64,000 bases of DNA from Oceanispirochaeta sp. (GCA_963666275.2 CAXXOA010000002.1:1952001-2016000), one strand, 5' to 3'; shown: positions 1 through 11,169, numbered from the stretch's first letter. The notes: generated by a model from the sequence alone, not told the origin. Numbers and translations: made by a program.

Positions 1-657
1 ATATTTATTCTAATTATTAGATCAATCAAAAATTTTGTAATTTTGAATATTATATATAACTTTAAATTTAAAAATAGTAATATCAGAAGTTTAATTAAAT
101 CAGATAAAGCAATAATTGGGAAAAATGCTCATATTGAAAGAGATGTGAATATTGCATCATCTATTTTTTTATTGGGTGATAATTCTTTTATCCGTTATGG
201 GACTTCTATTGGTGGAAAATATGTTAAAATCGGAAAATTTACAGTTATTTCATTTAATGTAACTTTATTAGCAGGATCTCATAGAATTAAAGGTCTTTCA
301 AGTTATGATTTTTATTCATGGTTTTTAAAAGAGAATAATGAAATCGATACAATCCCAGGAAGTATTGAAATTGGTAATAATGTATGGATTGGAACAGGTG
401 TTGTAGTTTTACCTAATGTAAAGATCGGGAATAATGTAATAGTTGGATCGAATGCTGTTGTAACTAAAGATATTCCTGATTTTGCGATTGTTGGAGGTGT
501 ACCTGCGAAAATCATAAGATATAGATTTGATGATGAATTGTGCGAAGAATTAAAAGATTTGACATGGTGGGATTGGAGTGATGATATAATTAAAAAAAAT
601 ATAAATAATTTTTATGTTGAAGATATTAAAAAAGGGGAGTTGAAATGGAAAAAATAA
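1..657 (+). CDS. CatB-related hexapeptide-repeat O-acetyltransferase, probably 5'-truncated by the window edge
   Basis: Motifs [39 protein letters not shown] and WWDWS. Frame 1 is open from base 1, so the true start may lie upstream of the TTG at 43. Confidence 0.85.
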   Translation: MFILIIRSIKNFVILNIIYNFKFKNSNIRSLIKSDKAIIGKNAHIERDVNIASSIFLLGDNSFIRYGTSIGGKYVKIGKFTVISFNVTLLAGSHRIKGLSSYDFYSWFLKENNEIDTIPGSIEIGNNVWIGTGVVVLPNVKIGNNVIVGSNAVVTKDIPDFAIVGGVPAKIIRYRFDDELCEELKDLTWWDWSDDIIKKNINNFYVEDIKKGELKWKK

Positions 658-2009
658 ATATTCTTATTGCAATATATGAACCAGATATGTCAAATCATAT
701 CAATCAATTAGTTAATAGTTTAAAAAAAAAAGGTAATTTTGAAATTTCAATAATTACTGTTTCCAATATAATAGAAAAAAAATTAACTCATCCAGTTATA
801 AACTTACGAAATATAAAAATTTTTCATAATAAAATGTCTTTTGATGATATAAAAAAATTATTGAAAGAAAAAAGATACAATATTGATGATTTTATGTTTA
901 GAGAAATTAATCTTCTTAAGCAAAAAAGAAATATAGTTGAATCAAAATTTGAAAAATATGTCAATATTTGTAATAATTTGATCAAAAATAACAATATTAA
1001 TTTTATTTTTAACATCAATGAAGGAATTGTAAATAAAGCTGCTTTTATTTCAAGTATAATTTTGGATATTCCATTTATATACACTGATGGTTCATCATTA
1101 ATTGAAGGTATGCATATAAGTTCAAAAAATATGTGGAATAATAGATGGATTCAAAAAAAATATATTTATGATAATGAAAATGAGATTATTACTTTTGTTG
1201 ATAAATTTAGAAATAGAGTAATTGAAAAGAAGCCTTTTATTGGGTGGAAAGAGAATAACACTATAATAAAATATGTTTCTTTATTAATTAAATGGCTAAA
1301 AGAAATCAGAAATGATGATTACATTAGATTGAGTACATTGTTTAATAATCAATTAGTGCGTTTATTTAATAAGTTTTTCTTTAATATTAAATATAATGAA
1401 ATAAATGATAATGACAAGTATTTTATTTTTCCTCTTCATGCAGCTGATGATGCACAAATAACGCTTAGAGCTGTAGAATTTTATGATGAAGCTGAAGTAA
1501 TTAAAAAATGTGCAGAACAATTACCTGATGGCTATTATATTTATGTAAAAGAACATCCTAACTGGTTAAATAGATATAAAAAATCTTGGATCAAGAAAAT
1601 AAAAAAAATCAAAAATGTTAAACTTATAAATTACAATGAAAATATACATGATCTATTAAAAAATGCAGTAGGTGTTATTACAATAAATTCTGATGTTGGT
1701 TGGGAAGCAATATTGCATAATAAACCAGTTGCAGTATTAGCGGACCCTTTCTATAATATTGATAATGTTGTTTTTAGAATAAAAACATACAGCGATCTTG
1801 AAGTAATATATAGACAGATGATCAATAATCAAATAGATATAAATTTCAGAAAGAAAGTAATTTATGCAGCTTTGAAATCTCATAGAGAGTCAAATGTTAT
1901 GACCATAAAAAATCATGGTATAGAATTCTTAACAGATAATAAACAAATAGAATCTTTTACTGATTCTTTAATAAAGGATATTGATGAATTCAATAAAGAG
2001 AGAATTTAA
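645..2009 (+). CDS. Capsule polysaccharide biosynthesis protein (KpsS/LipB-like glycosyltransferase)
   Basis: C-terminal motifs FPLH..DD.QI, YVKEHP and [19 protein letters not shown]; lies within the glycan cluster. Confidence 0.7.
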   Translation: MEKINILIAIYEPDMSNHINQLVNSLKKKGNFEISIITVSNIIEKKLTHPVINLRNIKIFHNKMSFDDIKKLLKEKRYNIDDFMFREINLLKQKRNIVESKFEKYVNICNNLIKNNNINFIFNINEGIVNKAAFISSIILDIPFIYTDGSSLIEGMHISSKNMWNNRWIQKKYIYDNENEIITFVDKFRNRVIEKKPFIGWKENNTIIKYVSLLIKWLKEIRNDDYIRLSTLFNNQLVRLFNKFFFNIKYNEINDNDKYFIFPLHAADDAQITLRAVEFYDEAEVIKKCAEQLPDGYYIYVKEHPNWLNRYKKSWIKKIKKIKNVKLINYNENIHDLLKNAVGVITINSDVGWEAILHNKPVAVLADPFYNIDNVVFRIKTYSDLEVIYRQMINNQIDINFRKKVIYAALKSHRESNVMTIKNHGIEFLTDNKQIESFTDSLIKDIDEFNKERI

Positions 2010-3213
2010 AAAGTGGTATTTTCCATTTTTGTTAATATTATTAATAAATGCTAGTGGAATACGTATAAATTATGGAGGAAATCATTTTAGGGTTATTGAT
2101 TTATTACTATTATGGATTGCTGCTTTATATTTTATTAAATACTTTTTATTTAAACAGAAATGTTTTGCAATACATAACTATATTATAACTTTGATAATTA
2201 TTTTATTTCAGATAATTTTTTTAACAAATAGTATTAATAAAATAAATACTATAATAAGAATAATGGTTTTGATCGAATTGGTTTTTTTTGCGCAATATAT
2301 CAACTGTTTTGACTTAGGTAGATTTGATTTATATAAAATATTTGAAATAATGTTTCAATTTAATTTGATTATCTCAATTTTCCAATCATTAACTGGTCAA
2401 TTATTATTGATGAAATCGATAAACTTTTATATTGGTTCATTTCCTATATATAGAGCTGGCGGTTTACTTGCTGATGCTAATGCATATGCAATGTTAATTA
2501 TGAGTTTGTACATATATATATTTTTAAAATCAAATTTATTAAGAAAAAAAGTTTATACAGTATTAGTATTATTCGAAATATTATTGATTGGCTCTAGAGC
2601 AAGTATGCTGAATTTTATTATTTTTGTTTTACTATATATTTTTATCCATAATTATAAATTATTTAAAAAAATATTTATAATCACGACATTACTAGGTATC
2701 ATATTTCTTCTAAATCTATCTTTATTATATAAATATTTTCCAGGAATATTTATATTACTATTTAGAGTTGGATCATATGAATATTTGATGCAGCATCCAA
2801 TGTCATTCCTTAGTAGAAGATTTGAAATATGGACCGAATTGTTAGAAATCTATATTAAAGATTATACATATTTTGAAAAGTTTTTTGGGTTAGGGCTTGG
2901 GAATACTCAAGTAATTCATAAAATTCTTGGTAAAGTAGTAAAACCAAGAGGTGCTCACAATACATATATTCAATTTATAATGGAAATGGGTATTTTTGGT
3001 ATTAGTGTACTATTTTTATTTATAATTAAATTAAACTTAAAGATAAAGAATAAAATTAAAGATAATATAATATTTGAATATCTATTCTATTCTTTTAATT
3101 TATGGTTTATATGGGGATTAACAGGTGAATTTTTTTATCAAGTAATATTTTGGTTTCAAATTGGTTTACTATTTTCAGGGTGGAGATACAGTGAAAAAAA
3201 TTCTTGTTATTGA
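1984..3213 (+). CDS. O-antigen polymerase/ligase family membrane protein (Wzy-like)
   Basis: Many hydrophobic segments; RAGG..DAN, GSRA, GLGLG and AHNTYIQ motifs. Confidence 0.8.
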   Translation: MNSIKREFKKWYFPFLLILLINASGIRINYGGNHFRVIDLLLLWIAALYFIKYFLFKQKCFAIHNYIITLIIILFQIIFLTNSINKINTIIRIMVLIELVFFAQYINCFDLGRFDLYKIFEIMFQFNLIISIFQSLTGQLLLMKSINFYIGSFPIYRAGGLLADANAYAMLIMSLYIYIFLKSNLLRKKVYTVLVLFEILLIGSRASMLNFIIFVLLYIFIHNYKLFKKIFIITTLLGIIFLLNLSLLYKYFPGIFILLFRVGSYEYLMQHPMSFLSRRFEIWTELLEIYIKDYTYFEKFFGLGLGNTQVIHKILGKVVKPRGAHNTYIQFIMEMGIFGISVLFLFIIKLNLKIKNKIKDNIIFEYLFYSFNLWFIWGLTGEFFYQVIFWFQIGLLFSGWRYSEKNSCY

Positions 3214-4306
3214 AGATTCATCAAAGTCAAATTTTGGTGGAGGTCAAAATGTAACATATCAAGTAATGGAATATTTGTACGAACATTTTGAACTATTTTT
3301 AGTTGATACAAAGAAAAGTAAATTTAATGAAAAAATTAATAATAGTAGAATGAAAATTACTAGTAAATGTAACATTCTTACTTTTGGAAAAATTGGGAAT
3401 GTCGAGAAATCAAATATGAGTATATCTATTTTTGAATCAATAATATTTCCACTTACTCTTTTATTTAATATTGTTAAAATATTTTTTTTTATTAAAAAAA
3501 ATAATATAAATAAAAATAATACAATAATTTATACAACTACAAAAAAGTCTTATTTAATTGCTATAATATTAAAATTATTTTTTGATTTTAAAATTATTAA
3601 TCACATACATAATTTTTATCAAATTAATTTAAGTACTAAAATATTACGTAAATATTTTAATAAAGCTTATAAGAATATATTGGTATCAAATACTTTAAAT
3701 GCTAATTTGAGACTAAAAAATAGTATCGTAATATATAATCCAACTGGTAGCAAAGAAAAGCATAATAGAAATGTTAATACTTATAATGTATGTACAATGT
3801 CACAATTAATAAAATGGAAAGGTGTTGATGATTTCATAAAATCAAGTGATTATGTTAAAACTAAAAATGTAAATTATTTAATATACGGTAAAGGGAATCA
3901 ATTAGCTCATTTGAAAGATCTTTCAATGAATATTGAGAATATTAAATTCATGGGTTTTTGTAATAATGTTGATGAAATTTACAAACATATAATGGATGTA
4001 CTAGTTGTACCTTCAAATTCTGAAGAAGCTTGTCCAATGTCAATACTTGAAGCTTTATCATATGGTATTCCAGTAATTACTACTAATATAGGAGGTCAGG
4101 CAGATTTAATTTCTCATAATAAAAACGGTTTCTTAGTTGATGTATCTTCTCCAAAGGAAATTGCAAAATATATAGATCAATTGGAAGATAATAATTTTTA
4201 TAATCAAATCTCTTTGAATTCCTATAAAAGTTCAGAGATCTATCATTATAAATTTTTCAAAGAATCTATCATAAATTTATTTAAAGAGGTGGAGACTATT
4301 GGGTAA
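3191..4306 (+). CDS. Glycosyltransferase family 4
   Basis: GGGQ N-terminal motif and EACPMSILEA (EX7E-type) motif; GTG start at 3191 behind GGAG. Confidence 0.88.
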   Translation: MKKILVIEDSSKSNFGGGQNVTYQVMEYLYEHFELFLVDTKKSKFNEKINNSRMKITSKCNILTFGKIGNVEKSNMSISIFESIIFPLTLLFNIVKIFFFIKKNNINKNNTIIYTTTKKSYLIAIILKLFFDFKIINHIHNFYQINLSTKILRKYFNKAYKNILVSNTLNANLRLKNSIVIYNPTGSKEKHNRNVNTYNVCTMSQLIKWKGVDDFIKSSDYVKTKNVNYLIYGKGNQLAHLKDLSMNIENIKFMGFCNNVDEIYKHIMDVLVVPSNSEEACPMSILEALSYGIPVITTNIGGQADLISHNKNGFLVDVSSPKEIAKYIDQLEDNNFYNQISLNSYKSSEIYHYKFFKESIINLFKEVETIG

Positions 4307-5399
4307 AAAAATATTATTGATTAATAAAATGTATTCACCAGATATTGGTGGTGTAGAAACTGTAGTAAAGCAATATGCACATTTTTTATCATATGAGAAT
4401 GAAGTAACTGTTTTAACAGCTTCAAAAAAAGCAACTTTATTTACAAAAAATGAAAAGGATTGTGATATTAATATTATTCGTTGTTCATCTTTAGGAACTT
4501 TCTTTTCTATGCCATTATCATTTGTTTTAATACCATATTTCTTTAAAATTAGACATAAGTTTGATATAGTTCATTTTCATGAACCTTTTCCTTTAGGTTC
4601 ATTAATTGGGTTTTTTAGGAAACACAAAAAGAATAAATATATAGTAACTTGGCATAGTGACATAATTAAACAGAAGTTATTGAAAAAATCAGTAGAATAT
4701 TTTCAAGATAAATTATTAAAAAAATCTGATATTATTACAATTACATCAAAAAATTTACTAGATTACTCATCAGTCGTTTCTAAATATAAAGATAAAGTTA
4801 AAATTTTACCATTATCAATAAATACTGAAAATTTGGAATATACTAAGCCTAATTTTTTTATCCCAGATAAATACTATTTATCTTTAGGGAGACTTTCCTA
4901 TTATAAGGGTATAAAGGTTTTAATAGAAGCATATGAACAAACTAATTCAACTATTCCATTACTAATTATTGGAAGAGGAGGTGAGGAAAAATTTGTTAGA
5001 GAACATATGAAATCAAATTCTAAAATTATTTTTATTAATGAATTTATTACTGAAAATGAAAAAAATTGGCTTTTAAAAAATGCTGAATGTTTCATTTTTC
5101 CTTCAATTTATCCAAGTGAAGCTTTTGGTATAATTCAGTTAGAGGCTATGATTAATAAAACACCTATTATTAATACTAATCTTAAAACTGGTGTTCCTTG
5201 GGTCAGTTTAAATAGGATTACAGGCTTAACAGTTGAACCAAATGATGTGAAACAACTTAAAAAAGCAATTATGGAAATTGTATCTGATGATAATAAATTA
5301 GAAGAATACTCTTCAAATGCTGAGGAAAGAGTAAGAAAATACTTTTCTGATAATATAATAAAAAGAGATCTAAAAGAAATCTATAATTTATTGAAATGA
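4299..5399 (+). CDS. Glycosyltransferase family 4
   Basis: GGVET, GRLSYYKG and EAFGIIQLEAM motifs; TTG start with GAGGTGGAG RBS. Confidence 0.9.
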   Translation: MGKKILLINKMYSPDIGGVETVVKQYAHFLSYENEVTVLTASKKATLFTKNEKDCDINIIRCSSLGTFFSMPLSFVLIPYFFKIRHKFDIVHFHEPFPLGSLIGFFRKHKKNKYIVTWHSDIIKQKLLKKSVEYFQDKLLKKSDIITITSKNLLDYSSVVSKYKDKVKILPLSINTENLEYTKPNFFIPDKYYLSLGRLSYYKGIKVLIEAYEQTNSTIPLLIIGRGGEEKFVREHMKSNSKIIFINEFITENEKNWLLKNAECFIFPSIYPSEAFGIIQLEAMINKTPIINTNLKTGVPWVSLNRITGLTVEPNDVKQLKKAIMEIVSDDNKLEEYSSNAEERVRKYFSDNIIKRDLKEIYNLLK

Positions 5400-5421
5400 T
5401 AAATAAAAGGAGTCTAAAAAA

Positions 5422-6408
5422 TTGATATCACTAATTGGAGGATCCGGATTCATCGGATCTAGACTTTCAAAAAGATTTAATGAATCGCATCTGGACTTTA
5501 AGATCATTGATAAGAATAAATCACCTTTTTATAACAATTATTTCGTTGCTGATATAAGAGATTATATTACATTAAAGAAAAATCTTGAAGGTTCATCAGT
5601 ATTAATAAATCTTGCTGCAGAACATAAAGATGATGTTACCCCTAAGACACTTTATGATGATGTTAATGTTGAAGGTTCAAGGAATGTATGCAAAGCCTGC
5701 GATGAATTGGGAATCAATAAAATCATTTTTACTAGTTCGGTAGCTGTTTATGGATTTGCTCCCAAAGGAACAGATGAATCAGGAGATATCAATTACTTCA
5801 ATGATTATGGGCGTACCAAATGGGAAGCAGAGAAAGTCTACCGAGACTGGCTTGCAAAGGATCCTGAGAATCGATCTCTAACAATCATTCGCCCTACTGT
5901 TGTTTTCGGAGAAAGGAATAGAGGGAATGTCTACAACTTATTAAAACAAATCTCTTCTGGCATATTTCCTATGATTGGTAATGGTAAAAATGTCAAATCC
6001 ATGGCATATGTTGAAAATGTCGCTGCTTTTTTAGAGTTTTCTCTTAATAATGGTCCGGGAGAGCATCTATATAATTATATAGATAAGCCGGATTTTAATA
6101 TGAATACCCTAGTGAAAAGTGTTAAATCAGCGCTGGGTAAAAAATCTGTTACCGGTATTCACTGGCCATACTGGTTGGGATACTGCGGTGGATTATGTTT
6201 TGATACAGTGGCCTTTATCACTCGGAAAAAGCTCCCTATAAGCAGGATCCGCATTAAAAAGTTCTGTTCAGACACATCATTCGAAACTTCCTTTATTAAA
6301 AAGACAGATTTTAAAGCTCCGGTATCCCTGGAAAAAGGCATAGAAAATACAATTAAATTTGAATTTGTCGATAAACATGAGAAAGATATTCTCTTTTATA
6401 CAGAATAA
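5422..6408 (+). CDS. gnu: GlcNAc-PP-undecaprenol 4-epimerase (Gnu-like extended SDR)
   Basis: GGSGFIG, LAAEHKDDV, YGRTK, RPTVVFGERNRGNVYNLL and KSMAYV closely match the Gnu-type epimerase sequence as I recall it. Confidence 0.8.
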   Translation: MISLIGGSGFIGSRLSKRFNESHLDFKIIDKNKSPFYNNYFVADIRDYITLKKNLEGSSVLINLAAEHKDDVTPKTLYDDVNVEGSRNVCKACDELGINKIIFTSSVAVYGFAPKGTDESGDINYFNDYGRTKWEAEKVYRDWLAKDPENRSLTIIRPTVVFGERNRGNVYNLLKQISSGIFPMIGNGKNVKSMAYVENVAAFLEFSLNNGPGEHLYNYIDKPDFNMNTLVKSVKSALGKKSVTGIHWPYWLGYCGGLCFDTVAFITRKKLPISRIRIKKFCSDTSFETSFIKKTDFKAPVSLEKGIENTIKFEFVDKHEKDILFYTE

Positions 6409-6497
6409 TTATATTGGGTAGGATATAATTTTACACCTTTCCAAAACCCTAAAAATAGATTAAAAATACAAATTATTACCCACAATGAGGTTACAAA

Positions 6498-7421
6498 ATG
6501 CCAGAAGAAATAAATAGCACCATCAACGATGAAGAAATAGATCTTCTTGACCTTTTTATAGTACTCCTAAAACACCGCCGTCTTATCCTCGGTTCTCTCA
6601 TCGGAGTTATCTGCTTAACCCTGGCGGGCTATTTTATCTACCCCTCCTGGAAGCAGGAAAAAGTTATGGACCAGCAGAAAGCCGAAGCTATAATGACTCT
6701 GGGAACAGGTTCCAGTTTGAAGTCCATCGGCATCCAGTACGATGTTCTTTCCCTTTTTTCTTCTGCCACCCTTCTGCTGCAGTCTCTTCAAGAAGCAGGA
6801 ATCCAAGAGTTAGGCTCGGAAGAGGACTCTATTGATCTAACTGATTTGGAACAGAATGTGCGGGCCCTCAACTATATTCGGCAGGTATTTATCAAGAAAG
6901 AAACCATTGAAGGAGATCCAATTGACCAGAACAGTTTACCTTTTCTTCTACAAGAGCCTGACAATAAAGATTCCCAGTACTTTGACATAAAATTTTACCA
7001 TCAGGATTCCCAGCTGGCCATGAGATTCCTCACCAGGCTCTACCAGAACGCCAATACAAAACTTCTTGAAAATATTAATGATAATCTAGAGGCCTTAGCC
7101 TTAACGGGTCAAGTTCGGAGTTCTGATTCAACACAAGAGAGCGATGTGGTTCTGAAAAATGCCATACAGATTGCCAATATGGCCCAAAAGTTTTTGGATG
7201 GTTCACTCCAACCTCTGGAACTATTAGAAGCTCCTTACTATGTAAAAGATGAGATATCCTTAAAAGGAATACAGTCCTTATATCAAAAAAAGGCGATTAT
7301 ACTTGTTTTTGCTGTATTCTTTCTCTCAATCTTTCTGGCCTTTTTTCTCGAGTTCATCCAGAATATCAAAGAGGATGAAGAGCGGATGGCCAAAATCCGT
7401 AAAGCCATGAACAAAGAATAA
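6498..7421 (+). CDS. wzz: Wzz-family chain-length determinant / polysaccharide co-polymerase
   Basis: EEIDLLDLF N-terminal signature; N- and C-terminal transmembrane helices. Confidence 0.75.
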   Translation: MPEEINSTINDEEIDLLDLFIVLLKHRRLILGSLIGVICLTLAGYFIYPSWKQEKVMDQQKAEAIMTLGTGSSLKSIGIQYDVLSLFSSATLLLQSLQEAGIQELGSEEDSIDLTDLEQNVRALNYIRQVFIKKETIEGDPIDQNSLPFLLQEPDNKDSQYFDIKFYHQDSQLAMRFLTRLYQNANTKLLENINDNLEALALTGQVRSSDSTQESDVVLKNAIQIANMAQKFLDGSLQPLELLEAPYYVKDEISLKGIQSLYQKKAIILVFAVFFLSIFLAFFLEFIQNIKEDEERMAKIRKAMNKE

Positions 7422-7437
7422 CCAAAGGAAACACTCC

Positions 7438-8127
7438 ATGTCTCTGATCACCATACGTAACCTCGTTAAAACATATCCCCTGGGGCAGGTGGAAGTTCAT
7501 GCCCTCAAAGGGGTCTCTCTGGATATTACTGGAGGGGATTTTGTCTCTGTCGCCGGACCATCCGGTTCGGGGAAAACCACCATTATGAACATGATCAGCC
7601 TGATTGATTCCCCCACCTCCGGGCAAATTCAGATTAACAGTCAGGATACGGCCCGCATGAAGCGGCGGGAATTAACCCGGTTGCGCCACGAAGTGATAGG
7701 CATTGTGTTCCAGTCCTTCAATCTCCTCCCTGTTTTAAATGTTACAGAAAACGTAGAGCTCCCCCTGGTGATCGGAAAAAATCCTCTTCCCAAAAAGGAA
7801 AGGAGAGAATGGGTGTCTCACCTGCTGGGTGAAGTGGGCCTGGAAGACAGAATGACCCATAAACCTTCCGAACTTTCGGGAGGGCAGCAGCAGCGGGTGG
7901 CCATAGCCCGTGCTCTGGCCACAAAACCCCGTATCGTTATTGCCGATGAACCCACCGCCAATCTGGACACCGCAACGGGGGAAAGAATTCTCAGCCTGAT
8001 GAAAGAGATCAACAAAACAGACGGTACCACCTTTATCTTCTCTACCCACGATCCTGGCATCTGGGAAATGGCCGACCATGTGGTCTTTCTCCGGGACGGT
8101 CTGATCGAAACGGAGCAGCGCAAGTGA
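7438..8127 (+). CDS. ABC transporter ATP-binding protein (LolD/MacB-type)
   Basis: Walker A GPSGSGKT, LSGGQQQR, ADEPTANLD and STHD. Confidence 0.95.
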   Translation: MSLITIRNLVKTYPLGQVEVHALKGVSLDITGGDFVSVAGPSGSGKTTIMNMISLIDSPTSGQIQINSQDTARMKRRELTRLRHEVIGIVFQSFNLLPVLNVTENVELPLVIGKNPLPKKERREWVSHLLGEVGLEDRMTHKPSELSGGQQQRVAIARALATKPRIVIADEPTANLDTATGERILSLMKEINKTDGTTFIFSTHDPGIWEMADHVVFLRDGLIETEQRK

Positions 8128-9584
8128 TCCTGCTCCTGGCAATCCGCAATATTCTCAGAAACCGGCGCAGCTCTGCACTGCTCATTCTGCTCATGGCTTT
8201 TATTACGCTCATATTCTTTCTGGGGAGCAGCCTGATTCTCCAGTCTGTCAGAGGTCTCAGAAGCACCTATGTGGATAACCTCACAGGAGACCTTGTCATT
8301 CAGAAAGAGTCCCGTGTCTCTATGAATCTATTCGGGGCCAATACCCCCGTTATTGACGATTTTTTTACAATCCCCGTACTACCTGCCTACGATGAAGTAC
8401 AACAGATAATTAGAGAGACTCTCCCTTCAGCCCAAATTTCCGGCATGGTCTCCGGACAGGCTGTGTTGGATATCGGCGGAGACAGGGCGGGTATCCCGCT
8501 TATGGGGGTGGATGCTGAACACTACTTTGCTCTCTTTCCCGGATTAAAACTTGTAAAAGGCTCTTTACTTGAGCCGGAAGAGCAGGGAGTTCTTATTACA
8601 GAGAGTCGGGCTAGAAGCATAGAAACCAAAACCGGTCAAACCGTACAAATAGGTCAGCCCGCCAGGCTGACTGCGGCCGGAGTCACGGGCTTCAAAATCC
8701 GGGAAGTCCCTATCCGGGGCATTATCCGCTATACCAATCCCGGGCCTTTTATGGAAGAAGTGGTTATTACCGATCCCCAAACAGTCCGGGCCCTCTCGTC
8801 TGTACTGACCGAAGCGGCCGAAGAGGTGGATGTGGAAGACGACGCCCTGGAACTGCTGAACAACGATATGGATGACCTTTTCGGCAGCGGTGACGACAGT
8901 TTCTTTGAGGATGTCGAAACAAACGATGCCACACAGGTAAACCTGATAGATTCTCTGAGGGAAGAATTGACTGCAGAGAACAATCCGGATATCCCCTGGG
9001 TAGGGGGAGACTGGAATTTCATTATTATTCGATTACCCCAGGAGGACTCCGCCCTGCTGGCCAGGAACAGGCTGAACAGCCGTCTTGAACCCTACGGGGT
9101 CAAAGCCGTAGGCTGGCAAACCGCGGCGGGCAACTCTGCTCTTCTGGTCCTGCTGGTACAGAACCTCTTTTATATCGGTATCATCCTGGTAGGAATAGCC
9201 GGTGTGGTTACCATTGTCAACATTATTCTGATCTCCGTCTTCCGCCGGACCAGGGAGATCGGGACTCTCCGGGCCATCGGGGCTTCCGATGCCTATATTA
9301 TGGGTATGCTGGGAGTTGAGAACCTGGCGCTATCCCTGGTGGGGGGAGGCACGGGAGTTCTTCTTGGACAGAATGTTATGAATTCTATTAATCGTGTGGA
9401 GTGGCCGATCCCCCATCCCTTTATTGCCGCCCTGATGGGCAGTCCTGTTTTACAAATCTCGGTCCTGCCCGATTTGGCTCTGAAGGCTGTTGCAGTGGCT
9501 GTGCTCATCGGGTTTGTATCCGCTCTTTTTCCGGCTCTGAAGGCGGTTAATATCAATCCCATGGAAGCGGTAAGGCAGGGTTAA
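8124..9584 (+). CDS. MacB/FtsX/LolE-type ABC permease
   Basis: N-terminal TM, large periplasmic domain, RTREIGTLRAIG motif and three C-terminal TMs; GTGA overlap with the ATPase gene. Confidence 0.9.
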   Translation: MILLLAIRNILRNRRSSALLILLMAFITLIFFLGSSLILQSVRGLRSTYVDNLTGDLVIQKESRVSMNLFGANTPVIDDFFTIPVLPAYDEVQQIIRETLPSAQISGMVSGQAVLDIGGDRAGIPLMGVDAEHYFALFPGLKLVKGSLLEPEEQGVLITESRARSIETKTGQTVQIGQPARLTAAGVTGFKIREVPIRGIIRYTNPGPFMEEVVITDPQTVRALSSVLTEAAEEVDVEDDALELLNNDMDDLFGSGDDSFFEDVETNDATQVNLIDSLREELTAENNPDIPWVGGDWNFIIIRLPQEDSALLARNRLNSRLEPYGVKAVGWQTAAGNSALLVLLVQNLFYIGIILVGIAGVVTIVNIILISVFRRTREIGTLRAIGASDAYIMGMLGVENLALSLVGGGTGVLLGQNVMNSINRVEWPIPHPFIAALMGSPVLQISVLPDLALKAVAVAVLIGFVSALFPALKAVNINPMEAVRQG

Positions 9585-9585
9585 T

Positions 9586-10890
9586 ATGAAAGTTGTTTCT
9601 TTGAGCCTTATGGCATTACGCTACTTCCGTCGTTACTTCCGTCGCTATCTCTTTCTCTTTTTGGCCCTCAGCTTCGGCTATGGAATCATCACAGTTCTCA
9701 CAGGTCTACAGGCCGGAATGGAAGAGAGTGTCTATCAGTCCACCCAATCCCATTACGCAGGGGATATGGTTGTTTCAGGGCGAGCCAAAAACCGTCTGAA
9801 ATTTCAAATTTCCGATGTTGAGAAGGTTTTGGAAGCGGTAGACCAGTCGGGAGTGCCTGTTCATCATTCTGTTATAAGGACCCATTTCGGAGACAAAGGC
9901 GTTTTGTACTTCAATGGTGTAGCCGTTAAACAGCGGTATGTCATGGGCGTCGATTGGGAAAATGAATCCGATTATTTTTCCAGGCTGGAGTACAGTCAGG
10001 GAGAGTATGGTCAGTGGGATAAGAATAGTGGCATACTCGTCTCCGCCCCTGTTGCGGAAGAGCTGGGTTTGGTTCAGGGGGACAGCCTCCTTCTGGAAGT
10101 GGAAACCCGGTCGGGCCAGATCAATACGGCCCGTCTGGTGGTGCAGGCCATTGTTAATGACGATACCATATTCGGTTACTACAAATGTTATATTGATAGG
10201 GACAAACTCAACAGCCTGATCGGACTCAATCAAAATGAGGCCTCCACTGTTGGGATCTATCTGAAAGAAGGGGCCAACCTGGATCATGCAGCCCGGACAT
10301 TGCAGGAATCTCTTTCTGAATCCGGACTGGACACGGCCCCTCTGGTACAAAACCGGGATGAACTGAATAGAGAATTGGGAAAAGGATGGAATGGAGTCCG
10401 CCACTTCGTCATCACTCTGCCGGTATACCTTTCTGAAGTAGCCGAGCTCCTTACGGCCATCCAGATTATTTCCTACTTCCTCTACTTCCTGATGATCCTC
10501 ATCATCATCGTTTCCGTAGCCGTTACCTACCGGTTGATCCTCCACGAACGGGAAAAAGAGATCGGAACCCTCCAGTCCATAGGCTTTCACAGCCGGGACG
10601 TAGTTTTCCTCCTGATGATGGAAACAATCATTCTCTTTCTCTGTTCCCTAGCCGCAGGATTCCTCTTCGCCCGTCTGGTAATCTGGTTGATGGGCTTTGC
10701 TTCCTTCAGCATGATCCCCAGCTTTGAAATCTTCATGCAGGGGGGGCGCCTCGTACCGGTCTTTTCCCTCCGGACCACCCTGATCAACAGCGCCATAGTC
10801 CTAGCAGCCATCATCCCCACCGTAGCCCTCCCGGTCTTCACCGCCTCCCGCAAACCCCTCCCGGAAATCCTCTCGGGCGGTAAAAACTAA
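9586..10890 (+). CDS. MacB/FtsX/LolE-type ABC permease (second subunit)
   Basis: Same topology as the upstream permease; EREKEIGTLQSIG motif. Confidence 0.9.
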   Translation: MKVVSLSLMALRYFRRYFRRYLFLFLALSFGYGIITVLTGLQAGMEESVYQSTQSHYAGDMVVSGRAKNRLKFQISDVEKVLEAVDQSGVPVHHSVIRTHFGDKGVLYFNGVAVKQRYVMGVDWENESDYFSRLEYSQGEYGQWDKNSGILVSAPVAEELGLVQGDSLLLEVETRSGQINTARLVVQAIVNDDTIFGYYKCYIDRDKLNSLIGLNQNEASTVGIYLKEGANLDHAARTLQESLSESGLDTAPLVQNRDELNRELGKGWNGVRHFVITLPVYLSEVAELLTAIQIISYFLYFLMILIIIVSVAVTYRLILHEREKEIGTLQSIGFHSRDVVFLLMMETIILFLCSLAAGFLFARLVIWLMGFASFSMIPSFEIFMQGGRLVPVFSLRTTLINSAIVLAAIIPTVALPVFTASRKPLPEILSGGKN

Positions 10891-10930
10891 TTTATTTATT
10901 CTACAAAAAGTAATTATACTATTTAACATT

Positions 10931-10975
10931 CTCTCATCTTGCCCTATGGGAGAGGGGAATGAGGGGAGAGGGTTG
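10931..10975 (+). repeat. Degenerate copy of repeat family B (CCCCTCTCC-loop-GGAGAGGGG..GGGG.GAGGGTT)
   Basis: Sequence CCCTATGGGAGAGGGGAATGAGGGGAGAGGGTTG. Confidence 0.6.
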
Positions 10976-11076
10976 TATAGAAGCAATTGCACCTTGGAAA
11001 GGATTCCTTGGTATAAAGGGTAGTAAAAGGAAATGGGAGTGGGTAGTAAAGAGTCGACATTCTTTTAATAATCGTA

Positions 11077-11096
11077 CCCTGAGCGGAGCCGAAGGG
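11077..11096 (+). repeat. Repeat family C (CCCTGAGCGGAGCCGAAGGG)
   Basis: Related copies at 14145, 20407 and 22370 (reverse). Confidence 0.7.
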
Positions 11097-11169
11097 GGGG
11101 CAAAAAATCGTAACCAAAGCTTTCCAGACTTTTCTTGATTAATGTGCTACATTCCAAACGGAGATAAAA

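Noticed and set aside
722..731. A10 tract (and T8-T9 tracts at 2282 and 3482) as phase-variation sites
   Set aside because: Such runs are expected in DNA this AT-rich, and all frames are intact.
11018..11050. Direct repeat GGGTAGTAAA x2
   Set aside because: Only 10 nt in two copies with no other support.
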